A stretch of DNA of 63,695 nucleotides, counting the filler, from Dugesia japonica (lineage: Eukaryota): the NCBI GenBank assembly GCA_001938525.1. It is 6 parts of 6 records of this genome, joined end to end, with 100 filler letters (N's around TTAATTAATTAA, not from the genome) between each part and the next. Parts side by side here need not be neighbours in the genome. Positions count along the whole stretch, not along the records: positions 44,530 to 55,342 come from MQRL01602568.1; positions 55,443 to 63,695 come from MQRL01614300.1; 4 more parts are not named here. One strand, written 5' to 3'. The position numbers and the translations under genes are program-made. Below the pieces are notes generated by a model that did not search any database, was not told where the DNA came from, and saw only the letters and a program-made list of their open reading frames with translations. The stretch's first letter is position 1. Each line of letters starts with the position of its first letter. This document shows, piece by piece, positions 49,811-63,397 of the stretch.

Positions 49811-52689
49811 AGCGGTTCCATTCAACAACTCATGTTTAATGATTAAATAAATTGAGTGTCCAATGTTATGTCTGATTTTCTGCACTAATAGGGTGGTATG
49901 TATGTCACGTTTCTGAGCTGATTGTTTCATTATGAATTGCATAGGCAATCCCGTAGTTTCGATTTATAATAAATTAAATAAACAGTACAATTATNNNNNN
50001 NNNNNNNNNNNNACTTTCAAAACAAAATTGTCATTTCCAAAAAGTTTAACTTATTTTAATTTCTTAATTAATTTGTGGTTTTGATTTATTTTAAAAACAC
50101 AATTTCCAACCAGAGCACAAAAATTTTAACTCGCTTCTAAACTACTCACAAATAATCTTGTGCACTATTCACAACACACAGCATAAACAATGACATTTAA
50201 TTTATGCAGTAACGAGAAATTACATTTTTTCATAGATCATTAATATCGTCTAGTGTCAAAATAATGAATTACTTTCATAATAATCACACGAAGACACGCA
50301 AGATTGCATTTCGATCAGGTGTACAGTGGGCGTTAACGGGTTAATATTATTTAATAATTTTTTTATTAATAAAGTGCAAATTTTAAATAATTAAGTTTTC
50401 ATTTATTTATCAATATTATTATTGTTAGGTTTATTTGTTGGTTTCATATAAATCAACTAAAATAAGATTTTTGATTCAATACTTTATTTAAAATACAAAT
50501 AATTCTTCTTTGAAATTCTTCTTGCTTTTTGAACGCTTCTTTCAACACTTGCTTTTCCCAATTTATATTTTTAAATAATAATACACTTAAACAAATTTAT
50601 TATATTTATTAAAAATATTTTTTGCAAATATAAAACTTACGAATTCAAAATAATTTTAAAAAAACCGCTAAAATCTAATTATTAAACTTTTCACTAAATA
50701 TTTACATTTCAAAACCTTTGTAAATAACAAATTTTTATAAAGCTTTACAATTCAATTTCAAATTTACATTTAAAAATCTACACTAATAAACATTGATTTT
50801 AATAAAAACCTTATTGCATTAAATTTTAAAAATTTTAAAAAAAATTACAAATTTCTAAAATTACATAATAATAATAATAATAATAATAATAATNNNNNNN
50901 NNNNNNNNNNNNNNNNNNNNNNNNNNNNNNNNNNNNNNNNNNNNNNNNNNNNNNNNNNNNNNNNNNNNNNNNNNNNNNNNNNNNNNNNNNNNNNNNNNNN
51001 NNNNNNNNNNNNNNNNNNNNNNNNNNNNNNNNNNNNNNNNNNNNNNTTTTTTGTTTTAATTTAATTTTTGTTTTTTAATTGCATAAATTTCAAAGTAAAT
51101 ATTTTGTTATTTAGTTGAGACAAACCATCTTATCCATTTTTTGATTTTTTTAATATTAAACTGTGGGATAAAAATAGATTGCATATAACAATCGTCGACG
51201 ATGCGGATAACACGAAAACATATGCTTATTTCAAGTGGTCCATGTTTTGATTAATTTATTATAACTTTTTAAAACCTATTGACTATAAGGTTGTTCCAAA
51301 AGTTCTCTTACGGCTGCGAAGAATTCAATTTATATGTAATATTATATTTTGTTTGAAATTTAATTGCGTTTAAATGCTTTATTTGCATTACCCTTAGTCG
51401 TAAATTAATCGAAAACTAATCGTTACAAATATAATTTATGATTATAGCATTTCCAGGATTATTTAATTCTTTTTAAGAATGGTTTAATCCATTTTATTTT
51501 CATAAATTATTCATAATATATTCATAAATTATTAATAAGTAATGTAAAAATGGCAAACGAGCTTCGAATTTTGATCTTATATTATTGGAAGCGCGGACTT
51601 TCAAGAAGGGATGCTTAAAAAAGAGATGTGATACAGAAAGCAAAGTANNNNNNNNNNNNNNNNNNNNNNNNNNNNNNNNNNNNNNNNNNNNNNNNNNNNN
51701 NNNNNNNNNNNNNNNNNNNNNNNNNNNNNNNNNNNNNNNNNNNNNNNNNNNNNNNNNNNNNNNNNNNNNNNNNNNNNNNNNNNNNNNNNNNGTAATTTGT
51801 AAAAAATTAAATCGGCTAATTTAAACAAAAAAAGACCAAAGGTCTTTTTTAACCAAAACATATTTGGGTCAATTTTTTTGGCAATACCTCTGTGTCTGTA
51901 AAATTATAATAATTTTAATTAGATTTAGAAAAGTTTAATTTATGGAAATTTCTAGTAAATTTTATATATAATTATAATCTTTTATATAATCAAAAAATTT
52001 CAATTCACGCCATGAGTCGGATTGCACATCTTGACGGGCCGGCAGTTGTCCACTTCTATTTTACATAGTAATTTCAAATAAAAATCATGATCTAATTTAA
52101 ATATCAAGATTTATATCAGGATACACGAGAATATATTATATTATAATGAAGTATTAATTAGTACATAAATTAATCAAAAATAAATAAGAGTTAGTAAAAG
52201 AAAATATACTGGGCGTATGAATATTATTTTCGATTGAATATCAATAGTTAACAAAGTGTATGTTTATTGAGAAAGCAATTTTTTCATATTCATCTCAGTT
52301 GAATTTATTTCATTTTTCGAGAATGGTACAAACGAGTCCAATATTTTCTACAAATATTTTATTTCTCGTATTTGTACGTATGCAGACGACTGTTATTTTA
52401 ATAGACAATTAGATTTAAATATTTAAATATTTTAGAAATAAAATATATATTCAATTATTAAGTAAAAATGAATTTATTTGTACATTTTTCAATTTATTTT
52501 AATGAAATTTTTAATAAGAAATTCTGTCAAAGATACACGGATTTTGAACAAATTTGTTTAAATTATTTTTTTGATAAAATTGATTTTCACAGTTATAACT
52601 TTAGGCACATTGTCTTTAATTTTTCTGTTTCTGCTCCTGGTATCAATAACATTACTTACCAGGATCTCAAATTGGCAGATCCAAATTAT

Positions 52690-54290
52690 CTGTTGGTACA
52701 TAAAATCTTTTCCAACATACACTCAAGTGCATCACTCCTGAGAGTTGGCGAGTTTACAAGACTCTTATGATTCCAAAGCAGAGCAAATCTGTATTTTATC
52801 ACCTTGTCTCTTCTTGGTGGCCATTTACTCTGTTGGATTGTCTTTACAAGCTTTTCATGGCTCGTCTTGTCTCTCAACCTCTGAATTGGGCTCAGAAGTC
52901 TCATCTTCTTCACAATCTTCAAACGAGTACTGGAGAACCTGAGGGGTACTCTGAGCAAATTTTCTTGCTTCGCTCCTTGAAGAAAAAAGTCGATATGATA
53001 GTTTTAACTTACATATAGGCTTTCTAGATATTGCTGACGCTTTTGGTAGCATCACCATCGCATATATTCTTGGTTTTATTGATCGTATGAGGGTGTCTAA
53101 AGCGGCCTCTGGTTTGATTAGGACCTTGTACACTGACTGCTGAAGCCACTATATTTGCGGAGGGACTTCTACACACCATATTGCAAATAGAAGAGAGGTC
53201 AGGCAAGGCTGTCCATTGTCGATGTTACTTTTTAACATTGGTATTGACCCAGTCATCAAGGAAATAACAAAGACTCCTGGAGGTGGAGTTAGTTTTGCTA
53301 ATCATCACATCTCTGTCTTGGCTTATGCGGATCATGCGTTGCTTGTTTCTTCAAAGACATTCTTTCAGGACATGATCAATGCTGCTCCTCACTTGGCTTT
53401 TTGGTCTTCCTTGGAAATTGAGATAAAAGATGAGGATTCATATCGTTATCTTGGGGTTGATTTCAGTCGGAGTCATTTTCAAACTCAGCCACACTCGAGG
53501 GTCACCTTTGCTTTTAGGAACTTCAACATCCTACTCGTTATTTTTGATGCTGCGACATACATTGAAAATAGCGTTGTTTTAGACAGAAATTGGTTGATAG
53601 ACGGATTAGAGAACATATTAGGAGTATTTTAGATCTCCGTCAGTTTTCGCGGATAGATTATCTATACACCCGCAAGCATAATGGGGGTGAATACTTGATG
53701 AATACTTGATNNNNNNNNNNNNNNNNNNNNNNNNNNNNNNNNNNNNNNNNNNNNNNNNNNCAATCTGTCATTTAAGCATTTAAAAAGCTTGTTTGTCAAG
53801 ATGTGGTTGTTAGAAATGTAGCCAAGAATCTTCTAATTTACGGTGCATCGAAACAGCTCAGACACCAAAACTTATGTTCCATAGATGACGCATTGAACTG
53901 GCTAAAGAAGAGAACCTTTTACACTCATACTAAGTGGTGATCAAAAGTTCCAACCTCCATCAGTAATGAACCATCACTTATTTGGAAAGAAAATTAAATT
54001 TCCAAGTCAGTTTCAGGCGTATTTTTAGATTGTGGATATTCAATCAGAGGGGAATTATTTAATTTCCTATAAAGATAAATGTACTGTAACCAAGATGTTA
54101 CACTATATTTTGAACTGGTCACACACCAGAAAGTGGAATACTCTCAATAAGCCTTGCTCAGTTTTCGTGGCTGTGGGAGCATCGCCATTATCCAATAGAC
54201 CCATATATGATGGAACTGGTGTTTCATTCAACATGGTAGTACTTGTACCATTCCTGTAGGCTTCAATCTTGGCTTTGAGAATCAAGTCTT
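52690..54290 (+). mobile_element. R2/NeSL/R5-type non-LTR retrotransposon remnant
   Basis: ESWRVYKTLMIPK, SWWPFTLLDCLYKLF, EGYSEQIFLL, FLDIADAFGSI, VRQGCPLSMLLFN, LAYAD, YRYLGV; internal deletions. Confidence 0.85.
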
Positions 54291-55200
54291 TANNNNNNNN
54301 NNNNNNNNNNNNNNNNNNNNNNNNNNNNNNNNNNNNNNNNNNNNNNNNNNNNNNNNNNNNNNNNNNNNNNNNNNNNNNNNNNNNNNNNNNNNNNNNNNNN
54401 NNNNNNNNNNNNNNNNNNNNNNNNNNNNNNNNNNNNNNNNNNNAGATATTTGATGAGAAAAATTTTCTGTGATATGATTTTTATTATTTTATATGAATAA
54501 TTTACATTTGAGAACTGCAAACCATTGCTTATGTTTGTAAATCATTTATGCTTTATGGGGTTTCAATAAATAATTTAAGAAAACACTTATCAGTAATCTA
54601 ACTACTGAATTTCGTATTCCTTTAACCCATGGACCTTCAACCTGGGTGATATCGTCCAATAGTGGGCATTTGAAAATATTAATTGGGTGCTAGGAAGAAA
54701 GTGGGCAGTGTGTGGGTGCTCTATGTTTAGGTGGGCATTATCGTTTTGACAATTTATCTGCATCCTATACCCAGCTGTAACTAGTAACTAGCATATGTAC
54801 TTGCATACAAACACTCACCCACATAAAAAGGCACCATTCACCAAATCTAACTACCAATAAACTTAACTGCGTTGTCCTAGTATATGTACCAAGCTGTAAA
54901 TAGAATATGATACACACGCACTTGTAAAAATTCTATTATTAATAATGCAGGTAACGCATACTCACAGCAGTTCAAGACAACTTACAGTACATCGTTCTAG
55001 AGTAGTCAATCACTTACTCATCTTACAATGTATAAATAGTTTAACTCCTATTTTAAAGTTTGCACAGTTTTTCTTTTGCTTTTATCAGTAATACATGCAT
55101 TAACAGCACACTGCGGGTATGAACAGTGCTTGCTAGTTGACTTAAATACTTTACAAATAGATTAATTTGCATTTGATTATCCTTAAGATTGAATAAAGAC

Positions 55201-55300
55201 ATGTCATCAAAGAAGAAGCGTTGCCAGCAGTATTCATTGGGCTGTCTTTCATATAGATTTGTTAAAGGTCTTAATTATAAAGCCATCAAGTACATTGAAA
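55201..55300 (+). mobile_element. Possible hAT (Charlie-like) transposase N-terminus
   Basis: MSSKKKRCQQYSLGCLSYRF resembles the KKxRQYSxxYLxxGF start of Charlie-type transposases. Confidence 0.45.
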
Positions 55301-55342
55301 TTTTATGTACTCAGACAAAAATGATAAACCATCGGAATATTT

Positions 55343-55442
55343 NNNNNNNNNNNNNNNNNNNNNNNNNNNNNNNNNNNNNNNNNNNNTTAATTAATTAANN
55401 NNNNNNNNNNNNNNNNNNNNNNNNNNNNNNNNNNNNNNNNNN
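55343..55442. other. Artificial scaffold spacer
   Basis: N44-TTAATTAATTAA-N44. Confidence 0.97.
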
Positions 55443-56276
55443 ACATGTTTATTTATTTGTAATTATTTGAAAATTTTGGATTTACAATTTTTAGAAAAAT
55501 ATCGATAACATCGCCACCTACCGAGTAAAAAGTCAATAAAATATTTCCAATACATAGCTAGTTATATTTACCGTGCATAACAAAAACATGCGACAATAAT
55601 ACGATTTATTTTATAAAGCCACGTCCCAGCGAAGGGCTTTGTAACAGATGGGTTAATGGATTATTTAATTTAAATTATTATTTATAATACAATTGCCCAC
55701 TAAAATGTTTGTATTATTTCATATGGAACTTAATAATAACATTTTACTTTGATGGTTGGTTGTAGTTTTATTCTTTTTGATTGTTTTTTTTTTATTAATT
55801 TTTTGCCTTTTCCATATTTTCTAATGATTTCAATTCACTTGGTTTTCTCATTTGTATTGTTCTGTTTACCGAATTTATTAATGTTATTAACTGCTTCAAT
55901 TGAATTCTGAATTGTTTATTATATCGAATCATATTCTATTTGTCTTCTTAGTTGTTTTCATTGATCTACTATTATGGTTATCTATATTCTAAATCTGTGG
56001 ATCAAATAAAAAATTTTTAAATAGCAAAAGCTCTGAAAACTTTATGAGCACTCAATAAAAATCAACTTTTCCTAAATATTTTTATTTAATTATCTTTTAA
56101 ATTTTATCTTTAAATACTTTAAATGTAATAAATTCAAGTTTTCTTAATANAACAATTTGATTATGTAAAAGAATTGCCCAAACATATCAGTTAACAAAGG
56201 TGTTACAAAAAAATAAAACTTTAAAAAACTCGGTATTATCGCAAAATGATTTTCATTTTATGGGTATTTCTATATT

Positions 56277-56520
56277 CTACAATTACTATTATTGTGAGAA
56301 TAATTGTTGGACATAACCATTGATCGTTTTTCAGAATTCATTTAAATAAAAGATTCGATCAAAATTTTTTTCTATTTTTGATAATAATTCTAATTTTTGA
56401 CTTTGTCTTCGTCAGGAATCAACTTTTTGAAAATAATCGATTCCTGACGAAGACAAAGTCAAAAATTAGAATTATCAAAAACAAAAAACAATTTATCTAA
56501 GGTTTTATTTTAATGATTTC
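56277..56520. repeat. Hammerhead-family repeat present as an inverted pair
   Basis: Perfect 37-bp inverted repeat 56384-56420 / 56439-56475, each arm with CTGACGAAGACAAAGTC-AAAA. Confidence 0.85.
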
Positions 56521-58559
56521 TATATTCATCAAATTATTGAATTTTAGTAAAATATTTATTTTCATGTTCAAATAAATATATTGTAGTAGATTTCAACTAT
56601 CAGTAAACAAGGAGAAAAAGATTTAACATGCTGTTTTATTTCAAAAGCCTTGATTTCTATAAAAACTAGGCAGAAGTCCATTAAGACTGACGGGGTTTAC
56701 TGCAATGTCGGACTGTTACACAAACATATGTGTAGGCCCGGTCAAATTGTCAATATTGAAAAGGATGTAAAAAAATAAAATTTTACTTTATGTTTATCCT
56801 TATCTCTATGCTCAATTAAACAAGCTCCACCATCTCCAGCGTCTCATCAGCGTGATGATTTTCTAAAAGTTTTAATTGCAATTCTTTTCTAATTTTTTTG
56901 GAAGTATTTTTGCGTGGTCTTATTTATGTGGGGGCTCCACAAGAAAAAATGTCTTCATCTGAATGTGATTTTAAGCAATTCAGGTCTATAAAACAAGCTC
57001 AAGAATCACACTATAATATATCATTTATTTTAAATATAATTATATAAGAATCTGTAAAATTTAAAATTTAAAAATGCCATTAGGTTCATTTAATTCGTAT
57101 AAATTAATGTTTTCCGGCTATACTAAAAAACCTTTCAATAATTTATGAGTTACGATAAATGAGTTCACGTAAATATTCTAATCAAAGAAAAAGAAGAAAT
57201 AGAAGAAAAAAACTGGAACAATTGTTTTCAATAAATCAATATCAGAAAATATTAAAATTTTATTATAAAGTTTTTTTTTGCTTAAACAATTTGTTAAAAA
57301 TATTATCAACTAAAACAAAATTTACATTTTATTTTCTTTTGGAAATAAACAATTGAGAAACGTTTACTTTAGACAATTATATTTTCGAAAAAAATTATTC
57401 TTTAAAAACATAGAAATGCTTTTGAATAGGATAATGCTGAGTTTTACCAAAATAAAATTTATTTTGATTAGTAAATTTTTATACTTTTTTTTTATTCGGT
57501 ACGGATGGAAGAAGTTTTTAGAATTTAAATGTTGTATTATGAATTAGGATCAATTTGATCTCCAAATAAACGAAGTTTTTAACAAGTTTATGGTTATACT
57601 AGAAAAAAATTAGTTTTTTGATGGTCAAGCAAATTTTTAATAAATCCAAGAAAACCATAGGATTTGTGATTTAGTGAGCTTTGTCAAACTTTCAGCACGG
57701 ACTCGATGACGTAACATTTGTATTGTGAAACTGCATGCTCATGTTTCTCTATTTTGGATCTTTATACTATTTACGAAGATATTTAACACCGAGTATCTGT
57801 TAATGTTATCTGATAAAATAAAACCGTAATCGATTTATACTATTTCTTGCGAAGTTTCCGCAACTTATTGAAAATGCCAATTCAGGCTTTTAAAATTAAA
57901 AATTTATTAAATAAGCAATCATCTGTGGCTGACCCTTGATCTATGATGATTTTTTGAAACCTGTTTCGACTCTTTGCTTTTTATGTATGCTGAATATGAA
58001 TAGATATAAATCCGATTTTTCTCTTTAATTGTTGACCATTAAAATCTTGTTTTCACTGTACATCTTTCAATCTTGTGATGCAATGTTCAACAATTCGTAG
58101 GGTTTTGTTAGATCCCGTAGAATTGATTATTGGTGGTATATTTTATTAATGGATAATTAGAAGTTAATTGGTATACAGCGCCTGGCTAAGGTTTCCAGGT
58201 TTCCAACAACTCATTGTTTGGCACACTTGCTCTCCATTCCACATTTGATAAAATTAATATATGAATTTCAATAGCGTAATCAATGGCCACTTACAGTAAA
58301 TTTCAATCTAAAACAGTAGAATTTCTTAAATTTTAAATAATATCTAAATATGAAGCGTTTGTTTCAAAAATATTAGATCATTAAAAAAGTAATGGTGGAT
58401 TTTTCAATAGTCCAGAATTTCGAGAAAATCTAAAAAAATATCTATTTCTAATGGAATGTTAAGTTAATATCATTAATAACCATGTGTGTTAGTTACTTTA
58501 CAAAGGTTATTTTTNNNNNNNNNNNNNNNNNNNNNNNNNNNNNNNTGGACGAACTAGTT

Positions 58560-59140
58560 ACCATTGGCAAAATCGCTTTTTGTGTCAATATAATTCTAGA
58601 ATTTAAACTCAAACAAAATGCAACAGAAACAATAAAAAAAATCTAAACAAAGCTGGGGAAAATGATACTGCAGTTTAGTGTACCATGCAGAGATGGTTAT
58701 AGATGTTCCGAAGTATAAATGAGTCTTTTAAAGATAAAATATCATCAACAGCAGAAGATCACCCGAATCTTTATTTTAAACAAATAGTCTAAGAAGACAC
58801 AAGACAACTTGCGTCAGAGATAGCAGCAAGGATGGATNTTTCGAAATCAATTGCCTTCAAAANTTTGAGGCTGATTGGCAAAATCAAGAAACTGAATTTG
58901 GCTTCCCACATATTTTCATTTCTTAAAACATCTTGATCACTTCTTGAAGAATAAAGCATTCAAAAATTAATGCAATAATCAATTCAAAGACTTTATTGAC
59001 TCCAGAAATCCAAATTTATTAAACTGTTATTACGTTGGCAAAAGTGAAAAAAATTCCAATAGTTCTTATTTTCAATAAAACGTTTGTAATGGGCTTAGTT
59101 ATGAGAGTTTAAAGTTTCGTTTCAAAATCCGCCAAATAAA
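58560..59140 (+). mobile_element. Internally deleted mariner remnant
   Basis: EFKLKQNATET, TMQRW, DTRQLASEIA, LIGKIKKL, HFLKHLDHFL, RWQK pieces. Confidence 0.75.
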
Positions 59141-59684
59141 AGTTTGATGTTTTTGAGAGTTTATGCCATTTCAGCCATAATTAAACTGATTTGAAAATAG
59201 TATTAATTAGGAAAAATTTGGTTTCAAGAGCAAAGCAAATTTTCTTTCTATATATTTGATCTACTCAGTTTTACAGATAGCTTTTGTGCCCATGGCGATT
59301 GCTTGGTTTGCAATCCATTTAATCCTACTCTGTTGGTCTGAATTCTGAGGTGACTTTATTAACATTCCAGTATTAAACCATTATCTGATAATCGTAAAAA
59401 CTCAAACATGTTATGAAAATTTTCGTCAGCAATCGTGATATTTCAGTTTATAAATTTTCAACCAGTGACAAAACACTTTGAAATACGTGATTTATATATC
59501 TTTACGTGGATTACAATCAAGCTTGATTTTTGCTATGACAATGATGAATATAAATTTTTAGAACAGGAAACTAGTTATAATTCAAAAAATAATTTCAATT
59601 TTTTTTGAATTTAACGGATTATTAATTTAATTAAATTGATAGAGTTTTTGGAGTTTTTAATTGATCCCCAAATAAATATGCGCA

Positions 59685-59866
59685 TAGGGTTTCCAGGTAA
59701 AACCGTAAAAATGCCAGACTAAATTTTAAAATGAAACTTTTTTAAATTAAACTAAATTTTAAAATAAAATTATCCATGCACGTTCGGTCCTTCAATTTTT
59801 TTCCAACCGGACAAGCAGTTGAATTAACAGACTGTCCGGTTCAAAACTGGATACTTGGCACCCATA
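59685..59866. mobile_element. hAT-type MITE
   Basis: Imperfect TIRs TAGGGTTTCCAG / TTGGCACCCATA; 6/8 TSD TATGCGCA / TGTTCGCA; CCGG-rich subterminal repeats. Confidence 0.6.
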
Positions 59867-60637
59867 TGTTCGCATGTTTAAAATTCATTTATTTTTGTGT
59901 TGTGGTCCTATAATTCCATAACGTAATTAATGTTTTTTGAAATACAGACAACAATATTGTTTTAGTCATTTTCCGGATATATTAATTGGGTCTAAATTGT
60001 TTTTATATTTTATGGTTTCACAATTTTCTTAGATTGCTTATTTTATTTAATTTTTGTTTTTATCAATTTTTTTTATCAAGAAAATTTTTTCGGTATTTTC
60101 TGAGTTCTTCGGATTTTTACGGTTATTTTTATATTTCGAATTGTTATTTTACGATTTTTTGTTTATAAATACATTATATATAAGAAATCAAGAATACTAA
60201 TTAAATATTAATTAAAAGAACAATAAAAATAGTAGTTTATTTCGAAAACTTAAAAAATTTAAAAGTAAACAATTCTATAAAAATCTAAATAATAAAAAGA
60301 TAATTCCAAGAAAGTTGTGAAATTAACAATCTTATAAAAATTAAGTTTAAAAAATTAAAATCGACGATCTATAATTTTTTGTAATTAATCTTTTAAATGA
60401 TGTAAAAATCTATCGATAGAGTTAAATTACATTTAAAAAATCAGCTGATATTATCAAATGTAAAAAGTATGTAAATATAAACAAACTTCAAGCTCCCTAA
60501 TTTATTACATGAAAACTGAAAATTACGTAAGAAAAAACACGTTAAAACAACAGCAATTGATCCAATAAAACACACCAGTTCATGTGTGTACTTATATATA
60601 ATCTATGATATTATTAATTAGTTAAATTTTTTTTAAT

Positions 60638-60877
60638 ATGAATAGTGCACTTTTTCTTTTTAGTCTCGTCGTTACTTTAGCACAAGCCATAACTTTGGAA
60701 GAAGCCAATAAGGAACCCAACAAATACATATTTTATGACACAAATGTTTCAAGTAAATATGTTCATGGTGTAGTTGGCTTATTATTTGGATGGTGTATTC
60801 TCACTATTATTTGGATTACTGTGAACCTAATAAACAAATACGTTGTGAAAGCTGGAAAACGAAGGAAGCAATTTTAG
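60638..60877 (+). CDS. 79-aa protein with signal peptide, short ectodomain, one TM helix and basic tail
   Basis: Clean ATG-to-stop ORF, AQA cleavage motif, TM GVVGLLFGWCILTIIWITV, KAGKRRK tail; TATATATAA ~45 nt upstream and AATAAA at ~60939. Confidence 0.75.
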   Translation: MNSALFLFSLVVTLAQAITLEEANKEPNKYIFYDTNVSSKYVHGVVGLLFGWCILTIIWITVNLINKYVVKAGKRRKQF

Positions 60878-61348
60878 TGCATGACATTTTTGCATTCAAT
60901 ATATGAATCTTTTAAAAAATTGAGTTTTTTGATGAATTAATAAATATTTTTATTTTACATGCTTTATTTAATTATTCTGTAATTTCATATTTAAACATCA
61001 AAGTTGTTTGTTTTAATTTAAAATTTGTGTATACGTATGTAAAGTAATTAGTATTTATTACAATTCATTATAAATTTGATCATATTTTGGAAAAAATATT
61101 TAAAAAATTGAAAAAACAAACATTAATAAATTCTGTTGTTTATTAATGACAAAATTCTAAATATTTAAAAATTATAAATTTTAAACAAGTAAATATTTTA
61201 ATACTTTAAATTTTGTTTAAATTTGCATTATCTTAAGAGCGAATTCAGAATATTAATTGTAAGTCGTATTTAATATTTTCCTTACATAATTCAATGCGTT
61301 CTAACTTTTTAAATATCAGTCTCTAAATTATATTATTATGTGTTACAA

Positions 61349-63397
61349 ATGGTAAATGTGCTTGATGATTTAATGAATCTAAATGAGAAATTTAGCCATT
61401 TATTTTCTACTAACGAAAATACTACTACTTTAAAATTAATGTTAAAGGTTAGAATGTGCTAAATAAATTTTTTTATCTAATTTTTGATTCCTTTTATTGT
61501 TTTATTAAAAATTTATTTCAGCTTCATCACAACAATATGTCTGGATTATGTTATTGGTGTGAAAGTCGAGCTTTAATTCATTGCAAAAATTGTAAAAGAA
61601 ACTTCTGTAAATTTTGTGTTAAGGGAGGTCATTTAAATGATGAATCGAAGTGTGTTTGTTTTATTTGTGGTTGTTTTGAATTAACAGATGTAAGTGAGTA
61701 CATTGACTTTAATATTTATTCAAGTTTTTCGTTAGGTTATTAATGATAATAATGGTTATTTAAAAGATCGTGAAATGTATGATATGCTTCATAGATATGA
61801 GGGATTATTTAGTAATGACAAATTGGCTAATTCAATTCATGATTTATTAATAAACATCGATGCAATTGATAATGAGAAGTTGCCTCGATTATTTGATGTG
61901 ATAAAAATGAATATTTATTCTATGTTACACGATGTACAAAAAATTGAAACTATGGTTAATAGAGCGGTAACTGAACATCGAACTAATGATATAAAAACCG
62001 TTTTGATGCCTCTAATGAAAGTCGTTATGAAACATCACGTTTTTAAGAGGTTAGGCCGACCTCAGCATTGTATTGTTAATGAAGAGCCTATGAACACATT
62101 GAATAATGAAGATAATTATGTGTATTTAATGGAACATAGTCGAATGGAAATATCGAAAAACAGTCCTGAAAATAACGATTATGAACGCGTACAAAGATCT
62201 CCAGAATGTTTGGCTGATGAAGACAGATTGACGAGTAATTTTGAGATTGTTGAAACGAAAGAAGATGATGATAATAATCTATGTGATAAACGAATTGTTA
62301 TTCCTTCTGTACAATCGTTATCATTGATTTCCTCTCAAATCGATCAACTAAATAAGATCCAATTACAATTTGATATGAAGAATTCACCGAATCTCAACTC
62401 GGAAATGTTCAGTACCCCTTCAAAAGAAAATCAATTATCAAAACGGAAACGTTCTAAACGATCATCGGATATCGAACGAAGAAGTGTGCGTTTAAGATCC
62501 GAATCGAACATCATAATTCCGCCAATCAATGCTCTCCATTCAGATTTGAGTCAGGCAACAACAGTTTTCAAATCAATCGATGATAGCGAAGAGGAATCAA
62601 ATCATCGCCATATCACCAGTTCTTCCAAACTCGGTAAAAAGTCGTTCGAAACTCGACTCAGTCCGAAAAGGTTGTCCTGGGGAGAATTGAGTACAAAAAC
62701 AACAGCAGAAAAGAAAATAAATCCCATCAAATCGAATATTATGAATGACAAATCGAGTCTTTCTCGAACAAATACTATCGATATCAAAGAAGAAACGAGT
62801 TGTGAATTTAATCTTGATTTCAATAATTTGTCGTCGTGTCAATCGATGAGTGAAGGAGGTCATTATAATTCTGATCTGAAAAAGTTTATTCCAATAACCA
62901 ATCGAAACAAAAATTCTCATCTTGTTAGTCCAGCTCCAATTCAATATGAGAGACCGTTTGTATTGAAGGAGAACAGTGAAAAATCTCTCGATTGTCTCGA
63001 TGATGAAGATATTATCAAACAGCCAACATCTCACAAAACCTGGTCATGGGAACGCACGTCTCTCCCTGCAGCGAAATTTATCATCCCAACCAATAGAAAG
63101 AGCATTCTCAGTGACGATATCTCAAAGATACTCAGTAAAACTGTAATCATTCCCAAACCGACCTTCGATACGACAGTCGTTGTTCCTGTGCGTGGAAGAC
63201 CACGTTTATCGACAAGTGAACCATTGAAACGGGGTATTTCTCCAACGTTTAACAACAGCATCAACGATTCAGATGAACCCAAGAAGAAACGCGGACGTCC
63301 TCGAAAATATTTCGATTTCGTTGGCCACACTGGAGAAACATCAAACGGTTCTCATGAAGATCTGCGCAATTCGTCTGATATGTCGGATTCAAAATAA
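61349..63397 (+). CDS. ~642-aa nuclear protein with ADD/PHD-like zinc finger and two AT-hooks (exons 61349-61447, 61522-61689, 61736-63397)
   Basis: Two phase-0 GT-AG introns (74 and 46 nt) join the ORFs in frame; CYWC..IHCKNCKRNFCKFC..CVCFIC; VRGRPRL and KKRGRPRK; S/N-rich disordered middle; the first exon is less certain. Confidence 0.8.

Noticed and set aside
14797-55442. Recurrent TTAATTAATTAA palindrome as a biological repeat
   Set aside because: Always centred in exactly 44+44 N; it is an assembly linker, so adjacency across it has no biological meaning
56560-58300. Slightly GC-richer stretches that may be decayed transposase (also 32440-33300)
   Set aside because: No diagnostic motif or ends recognisable by eye
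62597-63330. Minus-strand ORFs over the 540-aa ORF (and similar antisense ORFs at 3235-4908, 30797 and 34621)
   Set aside because: Shadow frames of the real coding strand with no motifs
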